Positions 11,233 to 25,400 of a DNA stretch of 64,000 bases are shown piece after piece. The notes beneath the pieces were generated by a model. The model was not told the origin of the DNA and did no database searches. It was given only the letters and a program-made list of their open reading frames with translations. Source of the DNA: Octopus sinensis (taxonomy: Eukaryota). The stretch is from positions 45,632,001 through 45,696,000 of the forward strand of contig NC_042998.1 of NCBI RefSeq assembly GCF_006345805.1, in the 5' to 3' direction. The translations under genes and the position numbers were made by a program. Position 1 is the stretch's first letter, and the number at the start of each line of letters is the position of its first letter.

Positions 11233-11571
11233 ATGGACGGACTTGGTAAACGCCCACAAAGTTGTCAACCACCTCACCAACAACAACACTGAACACCTTT
11301 TTGATCTCCATGTGTCTAACATACATGGACATGCCTACAAAGTCAGAAAACAACACAGCTCCCATGACTTTCGGAAACATTTTTTCACGCTCAGAGTTGC
11401 TGAAGCATGGAATAAACTGCCTGCGTCAGTTGTTGACTGCCATGACACTGCATCCTTTAAGGCCCTCATGCTTTCTGAAATCCGTCGAAACTACACCTGA
11501 TTATATATGCACTTTAGATGAGTTGTAGTGCACCTGAGCACTGTACACAATGTTTATTATTATTATTATTT
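11233..11571 (+). mobile_element. CR1-clade LINE 3' fragment
   Basis: GHAYKVRKQH...RKHFFTLRVAEAWNKLPASVV...FK is the CR1 ORF2 C-terminal motif, followed by a 3' UTR and (TTA)n tail. The same tail is on the - strand at about 2562-2627. Confidence 0.85.
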
Positions 11572-12524
11572 AATATCTAAGCCTGAAAAATAAATATATA
11601 TCTTATATACAAGGGGGTGCTGAAAAGTTCTTTGCTTTAGGTAAAAGAAAATACAGGAGGATCAGTTAATTATGATTTTATTCAGCATATCCCCCTCTCA
11701 GATTCACACACTTATTGCAGAAGTCCTTCAGTTTTTTTAAGCCCTCTAAAAGAATTCAGAAGGTTGGGCCTCCAACCAGGCCCTTTGCAATACCCTTAAA
11801 ACCAGGAACTTTTCAGCACTCCATCGTATGTCTATCTCTTCTATGGTGGCATGTGTCAGATGAGATTTATTGAGACAGTATTCAATAACCAGATGCCCTT
11901 CTAGATACTATCCTTCACTTATTCTCATCTCTTTACAACATCAAATTGCTGAACCACTAGATTTTCTGTTTATACATGACATAAAGATAACATTACTACC
12001 CAAGCAGTATCAACATGAAACATGCAGAAACAAATACATAAACACATAGAATATATATATAACAGAATGAGATGATGAAGGAATAAATGATTATCTTATG
12101 AATGTCATTAGCTTACGGCTGTATCTGCTATAAACTGCAGTGGACTCATACATACATATATATATAAAGGGTTTTGGTACAGTTTCCATCTACCAAATTT
12201 TATTCACAAGGTAGAGGTCAAATCAAGCTGAGGTTTTAGTATAGAATATTTGCCAAAAATCTGTGATGCAAATTTCTTAACTTATATAGCCAGTTAAGTA
12301 TTATGTTTTAACATTCAAGCAGCTTTAAAAACAGGTCTAATTTAATTAAATTCTGCACTGTTTTTTTTATCTTGTAGTTTTGGAGCATTTAATTTGGAGA
12401 TAAGATTTCCTAGATTATTATTTTTTTCTAAAAGGAATTACATTTAGTTTAGTAATTATAACAATGGAAAAATTATCTCCCTTAGATTTAACAGGCTGCA
12501 TGGAAACAGACAGGCTATCTTTAA

Positions 12525-12746
12525 CCCTTTCGTTACTGTATTTATTTTGAGATGCTCTGTGTTACATTCAATTAATTTTAAATATAATGAAGAATTTAGT
12601 AAAAGAACTTAGTTATCATTAAGCTAGTGTTGAGAACATAAATTGTGACTAAGGTTTGGTGGAAGATTTTAATTCAAAACTTATGAAAGTAAGACATCTG
12701 TACTACAGAGCCAGAGCCGGTTTTGGCCGGGTTGGTATCAAAAGGG
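12525..12746. mobile_element. piggyBac-type MITE (222 bp)
   Basis: TTAA TSD on both sides (12521-12524, 12747-12750). TIRs CCCTTTCGTTAC / CCCTTTTGATAC. An inverted sibling is at 32228-32432. Confidence 0.9.
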
Positions 12747-15700
12747 TTAAGAGACGAGAAAAATGAATATAGACAAATTATCTTGTGAATTCCAGTAATA
12801 TTTTGTAGTGAAGGAATCAGTTGAATCAACCTCATTATGATACTAGCACACGTTTCATTAATCATTGGTTAAGTGCCCTTACCCAATAAATCATTGGGTA
12901 AGGGCAGTGTTTAAGAAATCTGCTTCCCAACTACATGATTTTGGGCAGTTCTGTTGCATGGCACCTTGGACAAGTGCCTTTTATTATATTGGACAATATA
13001 ATATACTTGAACAAGTGCCTATTATTGCTCCAGAGCAATTAAACTGTTGAGTGAATTTGGTAGACAGAAATTGAAAAAAGCCTGTTGCACATGTATGTAT
13101 ATGTTTCTGTGTCTTTCAACAGACTTTAAAAAAAACCCAAAAAACTTTCACTTTGAATAGAAGGGGAGGACAAAATGGGAACAATAGTATATAAAAAAAG
13201 AGACACATTTATGTCATATATGTAATTTAATAGCTTGATCTTGAGAACTATTTAAAAACCACTCAACAAAGATTAATTGTATCTTGTAAATAGATTTGTG
13301 CCCCAGTTTCTTCTGTAGTTATTTCACTTTGTTTTAAGTTTAACTTTTAAGAGATTGGCATAATGTATTGCATATGTGTGTGTATATTATCATTTAATGC
13401 CCAGTTTTCCATGCTTGTATGGGTCAGAAGGAATTTGTTACCAAGCTAGGTAATATTTCCCTATGGTCAAATAGGTTTTTATTTTTTTATAGAAGACTGG
13501 ACACGAACAACCTTACTTGTGTGAGGATGATGCTCATTTCCAATCTAGACAAGGGTACAGACACACACCACATACCTACACATACATACAGGACTGGTTT
13601 CTTTCAGTTTCCATCTGCCAATTTCACTCACAAGGCTTTGGTTGGCTTGAGGGCTATAACAGAAGATACTTGTCCAAGATGTTACAGAGTGGGACTGAAC
13701 CCAAGACCACATGGTTGGGAAGCAAGTTTCTTAACCACACAGCTATGCCTAATAAAGGATGAGATGTTCATAGTTGGAATACTTTCCATCAAACACCTTT
13801 TCTATCAGGAAGAAACAGAAAACAAGAAAAATAAAACAAACAACTTTGGTCCCTCAATTTATTATGCTATGGTACAAGACTGTGCTTACAAATGTGGTAT
13901 AATACTGTGTTGATGCAATGAGAAACAACAGAAACATTACAAAAGAATTTGTAACAATCAACAGTTCATTTACACAGTGAGACATGAATGAATATTGCAC
14001 ATATTTATGGTGTGAATGATATAATTACATGATATAAGTAAAGAAATTGACTAGAGAATGTAAAGCATTACTCTAGGTTAAGTAACCAGCTGTAAATTAA
14101 TGCAAGCAAACATATTCAATAACAATTCTTTCTACTATAGGCACAATGCCAGAAATTTTGGTGAAGTGGGGTCAATTAGATCAAGCCTGAAAGGAGGAAA
14201 GGCAAAAGTTGACCTCAGTGGTATTTGAACTCAAAACCTAAAGCCAGAAGAAATGCTGTTAAGTATTTGGTCTGGCATGTTAACGATTTTGCCAGGTTGC
14301 CATCTTCTATATCATAATATTCAATAACATAATAAAGCAGAAAAACAAAATGAAGAGCAGAGGAAATGTATTTAATCTCAATTCATAACCATGGTTTCTT
14401 TAATTATATTTACTTAGAAGAAAAACCAATTCATAATTTCTCTCAATTTACATTACTAATAATATCCTTTAAGAGACTTATTAAGGATTTAAAAAATTTG
14501 TCAGGTTTCATGTTTATATACATGAAGAATGTGATTTGTAAATATAAAAAAGAATTGGATACTTGATAAATAAAAACGAAATAAAGAACATTGGAAGGAT
14601 GCTACATATTTGGGGAGTTTTGTTGCAAGATAAAATCTAAGAACAATGAACAAATATTCATTTGTTTCATACAGTCCTGGCACCATCTTAATTTAAGAGA
14701 CTTTGTAAGAATCTGTCTAAAATGGGAGACAGTTTTTACTGAAATAGTTCATAGAAAGATAAAATAATCTCTTTGAAAGGAACAACATGACTGGGTGCAG
14801 CCATTTGGATGCTGATGATCTGGCCTGGCTTGGCTCGGCTGACTGGACAGTCAGCATGTTTTGGTGACAGTACTTTTTGGCACAGGAGGCAAACACACAC
14901 ACATGTAGATAGATAGATAGAGAGAGAGGGAGGGAAACATTTAAACATCTGATGTCAAATAAGTCAGCACCAAATCAGCTCCACCAAAATGTCTTATACT
15001 TGGATTTGAATAATTATTCAAATAAAGGCTTTAATATTTTCTTTTGTTAGTAAAGATGAAAACACTGAAATTTATATCAAAGGGTAGATATTAAACATTT
15101 TCAGGGCAATCATTATAGAATATTTACCCTATACTTAGCTGTACTTAAATGTAGAACTAAAATTCTAAAACACCAAATCTCATGGAATGAACAGGTAAAA
15201 TAGCTAACTCTTTGTGCACAAATACATAACAAAGAAGAAAGCATATTTAAATTTCAGCAACTAACTACAATATTTGACGACTTACAAGGTATACAAGCTT
15301 ATACAGTGCATCTTGATTTTTGACAGTATGACATGTCAGAAACCCACACCCTGACCATGTGTTTATAAAACTCTGGTCGACCTTCTGGGACTCCTGTGTG
15401 TGTGTGGGGGGGGGTAGAGTTCTCCACTGTATAGTCTGTCAAATAAGGTAAATAAGATGTCTTTGAATATAACCTGTTGTTTCTTAATGTATAATTTTTT
15501 GGATATTTGGTTTACAGGAGCCCAGCTCACATCTGTAAACATTTTACACTCTCCAACAAGAACTCTTCACATTTTGTTTCTATAATTAGAGTGCTATCTG
15601 TAGTACAGAACGTCCCCAATGGTTTTAACCATTTAACTGAAGAACCAAAATCTCAAATGAAAGAAAAGGGAAGTGACAGCAAAAACATGAACACTGAAGT

Positions 15701-16352
15701 CTGTGAGGGATTATTAATGATAAAAAAAAAAAAAAACATGTTTAATAGAAATGAAGAAAATGAACTGATATTGTATGTTATATGATACATTTAAAATGGA
15801 AATATATGGTTTATGTAAAACAGTTTCAGATTCAAATTTACATGAAGTATATATATATATGTGTGTGTATATATGTGTCAATGTGTGTAGTTTACAAATC
15901 ACATTTTTATATTGAGTTTTGGATGTCATCTTGCATCACAGTAGTGTAAATTGCATGCACATACCCACATACACTCACATGTGTCACTTAAATAGATTCG
16001 AGTCAACAGGAGAGAATGGGGATCTGATAGTAAGGTCGAATATATTGATGAAAGGTGGGAAAGAGAAGCGATGGATTGCAGACGTTTATACATATATATG
16101 TCAAAAAAAAAAAAAAAAAATTATATCACACAATGCAGATTAAGATATTGTTCGAATAGAAAGAAAAAGGCTGTGGAAATGTGGAAGAAGGCAAACTGTC
16201 ATTAGACATTTCAGCTAACAGTAATTGCAGAATCAGCCAGAAGAAATAAGTGGTGGTGGTGTTGTCATGTTTGTGATTTGAGCAAGGTAGAAGGAAACTA
16301 CCTCGTTTCATAGGTTACAGCACATCGATTATTTTTAGGTGAAAGTAAATTT

Positions 16353-16421
16353 TCAGACACAGCTCTCAGTCACTGGTGTATTGCAAATACCCATTGGTCG
16401 ACGAGGAAGTTTACAAGCAGT
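16353..16421 (-). CDS. ARHGAP19: ARHGAP19 probable terminal exon (TACKLPRRPMGICNTPVTESCV*)
   Basis: Pyrimidine tract and gatAG, phase 0, TGA at 16355-16353. The 3' UTR probably extends toward about 13.9-15 kb but its end is not resolved. Confidence 0.7.
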   Translation of the reverse strand, partial: TACKLPRRPMGICNTPVTESCV

Positions 16422-19400
16422 CTATCAAGAGAAATGAAGAGATAGATAACAGCCAAACATTTTATTCTGTATAGATTGTTTCTATAGAAATTTATGACTA
16501 AAAGAAAATATTAAAAGTGACAAAGTTATCTTTTTATTTATAAAAAAAAAAAAATGAATAAAAAAATAAAAATGCAATGTAATTCATAATTATTGTAAAT
16601 GTTTATAGTGTAAAAAGTTAATTTGATACGTAAAGACAATTACTTTTGAACTTGTGTATGAAGATGATCCTGTGATCATTTTATAAATATATACTATTTT
16701 GCTTGAGTCAGTCTCTTGCTATTCTGAATTTCACCGTTGGGTGCACAGTCTTCAGGCATAACTTGACCAAAATAAAATGTATTATTAATCTCTATTATAG
16801 TATTCTTTTTTAACCAACAGTCAACACCAAATGGATACATATATATATCATTATCATTTAATGCCTGTTGTCCATGCTGGCATAGGTTGGACGGTTTGAC
16901 CAGAGCTGGTAAGCTGAAGGACTGTACCAGATTCAAATCTGATTTGGCATGGTTTCTATGGCTGGATACCCTTCCTAATGGCAACCACTCCAAAAGTGTA
17001 ATGGGTGCTTTTACATGCCACTGGTATCTGCCATGACTATGATTTCACTTGGCTTGATGGGTCTTCTTCTTAAGCACAGCATATTGCCAAAGGTCTCAAT
17101 CATTTGTCACCAGTATCAGTCATGACTGATTTCACTTGGCTTGATGGGCCTTCTTAAGCACAGCATATTGCCAAAGGTCTCAATCATTTGTCACCAGTAT
17201 CAGTCATAACTATGATTTCACTTGGCTTGATGGGTCTTCTTCTTAAGCACAGCATATTGCCAAAGGCCTCAGTCATTTGTTACCAGTATCAGTCATGACT
17301 GATTTCACTTGGCTTGATGGGTCTTCTTCTTAAACACAGCATATTGCCAAAGGCCTCAGTCATTTGTCACCAGTATCAGTCATGACTGATTTCACTTGGC
17401 TTGATGGGTCTTCTTCTTAAGCACAGCATATTGCCAAAGGTCTCGATCATTTGTCATTACCTCTGTGAGGCCCAATGCTTGAAAAGTGCTTTTTAAGTGT
17501 CAGTTATGCAACACCAACAGCGGCTACAACTATGATTTCACTTAGCTTGATGGGTCTTGTCAAGCATGGATTATCACCAATGGTCTTGGTTACTAGTTAT
17601 TGCCTCCGTGGTTCACATATGGACAAAGTTGTAACTTAAGGTCTAAAATCTAAGCACTTGACAAATAGCAATAAAATATTTTTCCCTGCATCTATTTTAG
17701 CATTCAGAGAACAGAAAAAAGTGTTTAAGATGTTATGAATTGATTAAAATCACTAGCAACTGAAGTGTGTGGAAATTTTTACTATCTTTGCAGAGCACTT
17801 ACAATTTTTACTGACTATAACCCTCTTATATTACATTTCTTAATATTAACTAGTGTTTAAACCATTAGTGATTAAACTGGCGATATCCAACACAAATACT
17901 CTTCTTGTTTTATGTTCAAACCAGCCAGATCCAATCTCTCACACCTATCCTACAATATCATTCTAAAAAGTAAACAACCACATCATTGAAATCTCAAAGC
18001 TACAAGATAATGTATGATTTATTCAAAACAATGTGAATAAATAAGAATTACACTTGACAAAGTAACGTGAATACTAAGGGGTTAAGATTTTGACATGTTT
18101 TTCATGAACGATTGGAAATGGACACCACCACTCGTATGATGGTGATGCTCATTTACAACCACCATGTGATGTCAAAGCAAGGGTGCACACAAACACACAC
18201 ACATGTATATGACAGACTTCTTTTCAGTTCCTGTCGACCAAATCCATTCAGAAAGCTTTGGTTGGCCTGGGGCAATAGTAGAAGACACTTGCATAAGGTG
18301 TGCAATGGCACTGTACCCAAGACCATAAGTTTGGGAAGCAAGCTTCTCAAAAGCAACACAGCCACAACCCAAGCAGAAAAAAAAAAGGCCCTAACTTACT
18401 CTGTAGTGGTTTTTTCGAAATGATGTCATAGGAGTGTAAAAAGTAAGCTCTTCTATTTTACACTGTGGTGTCGATGATTTTGCTCTTAACTTTTTGATGT
18501 CATTAGCCAAGTAGCTAATCTCATTCTCAATGGATGGAACTATTTCTGTGATTTTATCTTTATTTTCTTCAGATTCATCACTCTTCCGCTTCCTAGTATT
18601 CATAGTGACCGATGATTCATGGAGGTCTACCACATGAACAAGTGGACTCCCAGTCTAAGAGGAAAACAAAAATGACAAATATGAATTTTGAGATTACAAG
18701 ACTTCACATAATCTTTTTAAACTCAAGATAAATTAATTTTAAACTAATCAATACAAAGAAAATATAGATGCTTATAATTCGTGTTTGGAAAAATTTTATT
18801 GATATATTGCTGAAGTAATAATTTCTGTGACATGGGCAAAGCCACAAATTTATAACAGGCATAAAAGAAATTGGTTGTGAAAATTGACTTGCACAAATGT
18901 ATTGTAAGTGTAAATAAATAAAATATTGTCAACATCATAAGAATCTGTAAACTTTTGAGAAAATGTGAAATAACCCTCCAACACCACTTTTTTGGAACAG
19001 TGGATCTCAAATCTGAAGACTGTTTTGATTGTCTTTCCAAAAGGAGCTTTCAATATAATATTTACAGGCTGTTATTTATAACTTTGAAAAGTGGTGAAAT
19101 CATAAACCATAATGATTTAAGACACAAAAATAGGACATGGTCAATCAATGTGAAAACAAGACATGATGATGATAATGGTAATCTGAAGGAGATGAACAAT
19201 AAATTAAGCCAACTTGTCTTTAAGTTTTGTGGTTTAACTATTTAATCTCATTCGAGCACTCTGAAATTTTGTTTAAGGATTATTATTTGTGTATTATAAA
19301 TAAAACAGTTCTAATTGTTGATACCAGAACTATGAGAAGGTAGGGAAAGAGGTGGTGGAGGCTTTCACAGAATCCTTTTCCTCAGAAATGAAGAAGGAAT

Positions 19401-22400
19401 TAACAGCCTCTTCTCACAGAAAAAAATTGATAGCTGTGCAACACAGTTGTGCAATACAGTACAGAATTAAAAGGAAAAGTCAACATTAACAGATCTAAGG
19501 TACTTTTACAGAGTACTCACCTCACTGTGTAAGATAGTGTCAAAATCAAGCTTCTTTTTCAGTAGAGAGCTTGGTGCTTCAGGAATTAATGTGTCATCCA
19601 GTGTTTGGCAAGAAGACTCTGTTGTATTCTTTGTACTGTAGTCAGTAAATGTCTACAATTTAAAGAGATAAATTAAATAAGAAATGAACATTATTCAAGC
19701 TTGAAGATACAAAACGTAATTTAGATTAATTTCTTTCAAAATTCAGGCATAGGAGTGGCTGTGTGGTAAGTAGCTTGCTTACGAACCACATTGTTCTGGG
19801 TTCAGTCCCACTGCATGGCACCTTGGGCAAGTGTCTTCTACTATAGCCTTGGGCTGACCAAAGCCTTGTGAGTGGATTTGGTAGACGGAAACTGAAAGAA
19901 GCCCGTCGTATATGTGTGTCTGTGTTTGTCCCCCCAATATTGCTTGACAACCGATGCTGGTGTGTTTACATCCATGTAACTTAGCGGTTCGGCAAAAGAG
20001 ACCAATAGAAATAAGTACTAGGCTTACAAAGATTAAGTCCTGGGGGTCGATTTGCTCGACTAAAGGTGGTGCTCCAGCATGGCCACAGTCAAATGATTGA
20101 AACAAGTAAAAGAGCATTGTTTATATTAAATGGTGTGCATGTGTATGCACATGAGAATATGCATGTTTGTGTCTCCTTGTTTGGACATTGCATGATTCTT
20201 CTAAATGGATATCAATCATTTCAAATATTCCTTGAAAACATTACTGTGCTTAGAAATAGGTAAGGGTTGCATCAGGAAGGGCATCTAGGCATAGAATATC
20301 TGCCTCAATAAAATATCTGACCCATGCAAGCACAGAAAAGTGGACATTAACTGATGTTTGGTGAAAGCATGTGGCCAAGTGGTTAGTGTTGCACTCATGA
20401 TTGCTAGATTTTATTTCTGGACCAAATAACACACAAATAATAAGTGTGATTATGTTAAATGTAATGCTTATTTATTCATATTGTTTTGTATTAACCATGC
20501 ATTATTTCATAAATTTGAGATTTCAATGATGTGATAGTTTTATTCTGTTATAAAATATGTTGGAAAAGTTGGATCTGGTCAGTTTGAACATAAAACAGGT
20601 AGAATATTTTGGCCAGATTTGGCTGGTTTAAATAGTTGATGACAACATCAAATTCAGTTGGAAATTCCAAATCAAGCCCAAGTCCATATAAGTCAGTAAT
20701 CGTCATTTGGAATCTATCAAATACCATTCATTTCTACAGACTTGTGTGAAAGTTAAGATACATGTGCTCCCAGTAACACAATGTGATATGTTTATCTTGA
20801 AGCATATAATCACAAGATGCTCTGGGAGTATGTAATGTTAAATTAAAATGTTCAGTGCTATGACATGATTAATATAATAAAATTCAACATCTCAGAAATC
20901 TTAATGTGAGCTATTTTTTGGTTTTGTGTATTACTTGACAACCTCATTGGTGTCATGAAAAAGTACCAAATACACTGTAAAGTGGTTGGCATAAGGAAAG
21001 GCATCAAGCTGTAGAATCATGTCAAAGCAGACAGAGCTTGACACAGCTCTTTGGCTTGTCAAATCTTATCAAACCAACCAGTATATGCTTGCACAGAAGA
21101 TGGACATTAAATGATCATACACATACCAGGTGCCACACAGTGTAACCTGGCAAGTGTTTTCTATAGTCTAGGGTCAAGCAAAGCCTTGCGAGTAGATATG
21201 GTAGGCAGAAATTAAAGAAGTTCATTGTAAATATATGTGTGCCCTTGTTTTGACATCCTGTGATAGTTGTAAATGAGCATCACCATTATTCAAGTGGTGT
21301 CTGCTTTCAATCTTCAGTGAAAACATACCTGGTTATAGTTTGGCAACAAGGAGACCATCCTGATGTCGAAATTCTGCCTCAACAAATTCCATATGACACA
21401 CGAAAGCAGGGTAAAGTGGATGGTATAATGATGATGGTGATGATGATGATGATGAAGAGGAGGAGGAGAAAGAGAGAGTGTTAATATAAAACTTTTAAAG
21501 CATAAGGAAAATCAATTAAAAAAAACAAAACAAAATACTGCATTACTTAAATAAAATGAGCTTACCGGCTTGTAAGTTGAATTCAAGCAACATGAGGCCA
21601 CCTCTTCACGTCTTAAATTATTAACAACTGAACTCCATGCAAAAGGGGTGGTCTCTTTATTTTTCACTTTGTTATACTTGAAAACTGAGTTGGAGCCATA
21701 GAAATAGGATTCCCCATCTCTCTGTCTGTTTTTCATTCGAGGCAAATGTCTCTATAAAATGCAACAAATTGAAGAGTAATTCAAATAGCATAGCTTAGGA
21801 AAATTGCTGTCTATCAAAGAAGATTGTAATCAATCAATGCATAGATCTAGCTGGAAGTACCTTCTATGTCTGAGACACGCTAATTAATTAACCAGGAAAG
21901 TGTAGAAACAATTTGATAAATCTAGTTGTATTGGTTTATAAAAATAACTAGATCTTTGCAATAATTCTAGGTAATTTTCTTTTAATATAAACTCCCATCC
22001 TCTATATCTTCTGTCCAATCATTTGAAAACAAATTAAACTAAAGGTGAATCAGAAACACAATTCCCACTTGAAAAACAATTAAGCAATGTAGCTTTCATA
22101 TATTAAATATTGGGACTGATAAAGGTAGGGTTTGGTAGAATTTTTATCCCACCAGACAAAATGATTAGCAGCATTTTTTCCAGCTTTACATTCTAGATTC
22201 AAATTCTGCCAAGGTTGATTTGTGTTAAGTACCTGCTGATATAAACAACTTGCCCCCTCCTGCAAAATTTCAGGCCTTGTGCCTACCATACAAAGAAATG
22301 TTAGGACCAATAAAAAGCTAACAAGAAATAAATATGCACAGAGAAGAAAATAAACAATCTTAATGAATGAATAAACAAAAAAATATTTTGCTCTTACTCA

Positions 22401-25400
22401 GATGTCCTTAGTAAAGCATAGTTTCTCAAACTTTTGAGTATAGATGAATAAATCCTTAATATATAAGATTTAAAAAAAAATTTATATATTGTGATTCCTC
22501 ACTACTCTGAAGGGGAAGGTTATGCTTTGCTGAATAAAATTGAAATACATCTTGAGTTGTGTCTGTACTTGCCCAAATGTAAAAATAAACCCCTAAAATT
22601 TGTCATCAACTATTCCCTGCTCCCATCAAATTTTTATCTTCTCATTGAATGACTTCCTCGAATTAAGATATATAATAAATAAAATAATAATGATGATTCA
22701 AGGTTTATATGGTTGCAAGAATGACAATTCAGTCTTGACACTCACCAACATTAATAATGAAAACAGACAAAATACTGTGGATGTAAAACAAAACTGAGTT
22801 TCAGAAAAGTATTGTACGTACCATGATGCTTTCACCTAAACCAAAAGTCCGACTCCGGGTTTGACGCCCTGTTGACTTGATTGATTGACTGACACGTTGA
22901 TAGATACTGAGATTCTCTTTACTTGAGCGAGAAACTGAATCTAAATTTGTATGGTTAGCTTTGGCAAACTTAAAAAAAATAGGGAAAAGCGAGAGATAAA
23001 TTCACTAAATCACAAGGTGAGAAAGAGTGAATAGAAATTAATAACTGATTAACTGTTATTGATGTACAAGAAAAAAAAAACAAAAAACAAATGTTATGAA
23101 ATAATACAGTACAAAGATGTACAACAGCAGTTAAGAAATAGAAAATGTTATACATCTTAGTTGCAAGTGCTAAAACACAACATTTTGCAGAATAGAGATA
23201 GTTGAAAACAAAAACTATAAATAATGAAATGTAAAAAAGAGCAGATCAATAATAGAATTATGAAGCAAGAGAAGATGCAAGATATATGGCAAGGTAAGTG
23301 GAATCTAAACCAATAAAACAACACAAAATGGTAAGTGAAGAAAGGATATTAAAAGTTAAAATAGAAAGAAAAAAGAAGCTAACATTGCAATGAGGTGCAG
23401 AGTTAGAATAAGCTTATGCAGAAATACTCAAAGATGTTATCTTTTTCAAAATTTGTTGTAGAAGCTCAAGTTTTTAAGAATGTCTTAGAAATATGTCCTT
23501 GATGAATATGTTGAATATCAGAAGCATGCTGCATAGCAGTTAGAAACAGGTACTAAGTGCAGAAGATTTTGCAGTTGTAGAAGCTGGAAAAGAATAGGAC
23601 ATGAACTATTGGATATGTAACTTTAACTTGCATGAGAGAGAGACAGAGAGAAGTTGGACATTAAATGCATTTCGTTAATGTAAGAAGCATCTGTAATGAC
23701 AAGATGCAGTAAGAAGTGGTATAGGAAATCAAAGGAAGGCATAGAATGAAGAGGTGAGATCTGATCTGAGGATGTTGGGTTCCACACAGATGATGCAGGA
23801 TTAGGAAAAATGATGATATGTCATGCTGCAGATCCGTCTAACAGATATAAACATTTTCTTTTCAAACAACTAATGGTTCAGGTAAAGGTTGTTGGGGTAG
23901 AGTCCCTAGGCACTTTCTTCATAGGGCCTTATCAAAAGCAACTCTCATTAGACTTTCTGGCTGGATTCCCAACAGACTATGGATATTATCCAACCATTTC
24001 ATTCCTGGTCGACCCCTTGGTTTCTTGCCAGGTGGTTTGGCTTGAAGAACCTATCTTGCTTGCTCACAGCTAACGGTAATGATTAAAGCATTCAAATAAT
24101 GCTTGTTTATTTTCCCATATATTTATGGCTTATTTTTCTCATTTATTCTGTCAACTCAAGCTATTTGGAATCCAATTCAACTATTTCATTCTGTATTCCA
24201 CCACACAACAAGGTCAACACAGTCTGGCTTTAATTATTTTATGGTGTATGGATGACAAAAATTTCGAGCTTTAGACAAAACACGGTAGCATTTGGTGATG
24301 CTCTTTTATGTTCTGAATTCATATCCTGCCCAAGTCAATAAGATAAATACCAGTCAATGTAATCAACCTAGAAGGCAATACCCCAGTATGACCAAAGTCC
24401 AAAGACTGAAATCAGTAAAAAGAACGTGATAAAACCTTCCTCTCTAGTGAATACTTTCAAATAAAATGAAAGCATGCAGCTATCCCAAGAAAACTATTGA
24501 AGTAGAAACAAGTTGTGGGTTTGTTGTAAATAGTGGGTCAATTCAAAGACGACATCATATTTCAATGGGAATAAAAATCTAGTAAGTTATTGAATAAAAG
24601 TGAAGTATATTAATAACACTAAATTTGTTACATTAAAGGATTATTGTTAGACTACATTCATAAACAAAATTACAACACTAAAGTTTCTACAAATGTTTAC
24701 TACACATGCTTGAAGCCATTAAAACCTAATTAAGCAGGTTTAATGCAGAACCATATATCAAGTTTTAAAATTTAGAAGATATTTCAAGAAATGAAATCAT
24801 TCACAGCCTACAAGTTAAGAAGCAAAACTAATGCGTAATGCTAGAATTTACTTCTTAAATTCATTATCACGTTTACGAAGGCATTCAAGACCAACAGTCA
24901 GAAATGTTAGGTAAGAAAAAACAAAAAAATAACAGTGGAGCAGGCAAGAGGGAACACAAGGTAATTTTTTTTTATGAATTACATCATCTTCCTCAGAATC
25001 AAAGGCAACTAAAGTACCTGCTTTAACAACTTCCTTTTCTTGGCAGTGTTCGGCATTGATTGAATGTGGTTGTATAGTTTTGCCATCTCAGTCTGCGTTA
25101 CATCTTCACTGCCTAAATTGCGGTCAGCAAAATTCACACAAGTGTTCACTGCATCATCACTTGTTGCCTTCTAAATCAAAGAATGGGGATTGAATATGGA
25201 CCATTATGGATCAAAAGTAACTTCAAAATGAAAGATTTTTTTTTTTTCAGTATTAGAAGTAAACTATAACTCTAGTAGAGTTGCTACAAGACTAAGCAGA
25301 AATTCTATCATGAGTACTAAGAGAAATATAATCACACTTAGTAAATAATTCTATCTCTTTGACTTTGCTTACCAACCCTCCAAGGTTGGTCAAACAAGTG

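Noticed and set aside
14838-14855. GCTGACTG-GA-CAGTCAGC hairpin in the probable ARHGAP19 3' UTR region
   Set aside because: A single short stem is expected by chance in 64 kb, and there is no supporting motif.
17032-17458. Regularly spaced repeats resembling a CRISPR array
   Set aside because: The units are contiguous with no unique spacers, the context is eukaryotic, and there are no cas genes. It is a minisatellite.
22389-22410. Possible 9-nt microexon aag|GACATCTGA|gtaag on the - strand
   Set aside because: It would encode an immediate stop and does not supply the phase needed for the 21566-21611 candidate. Probably chance.
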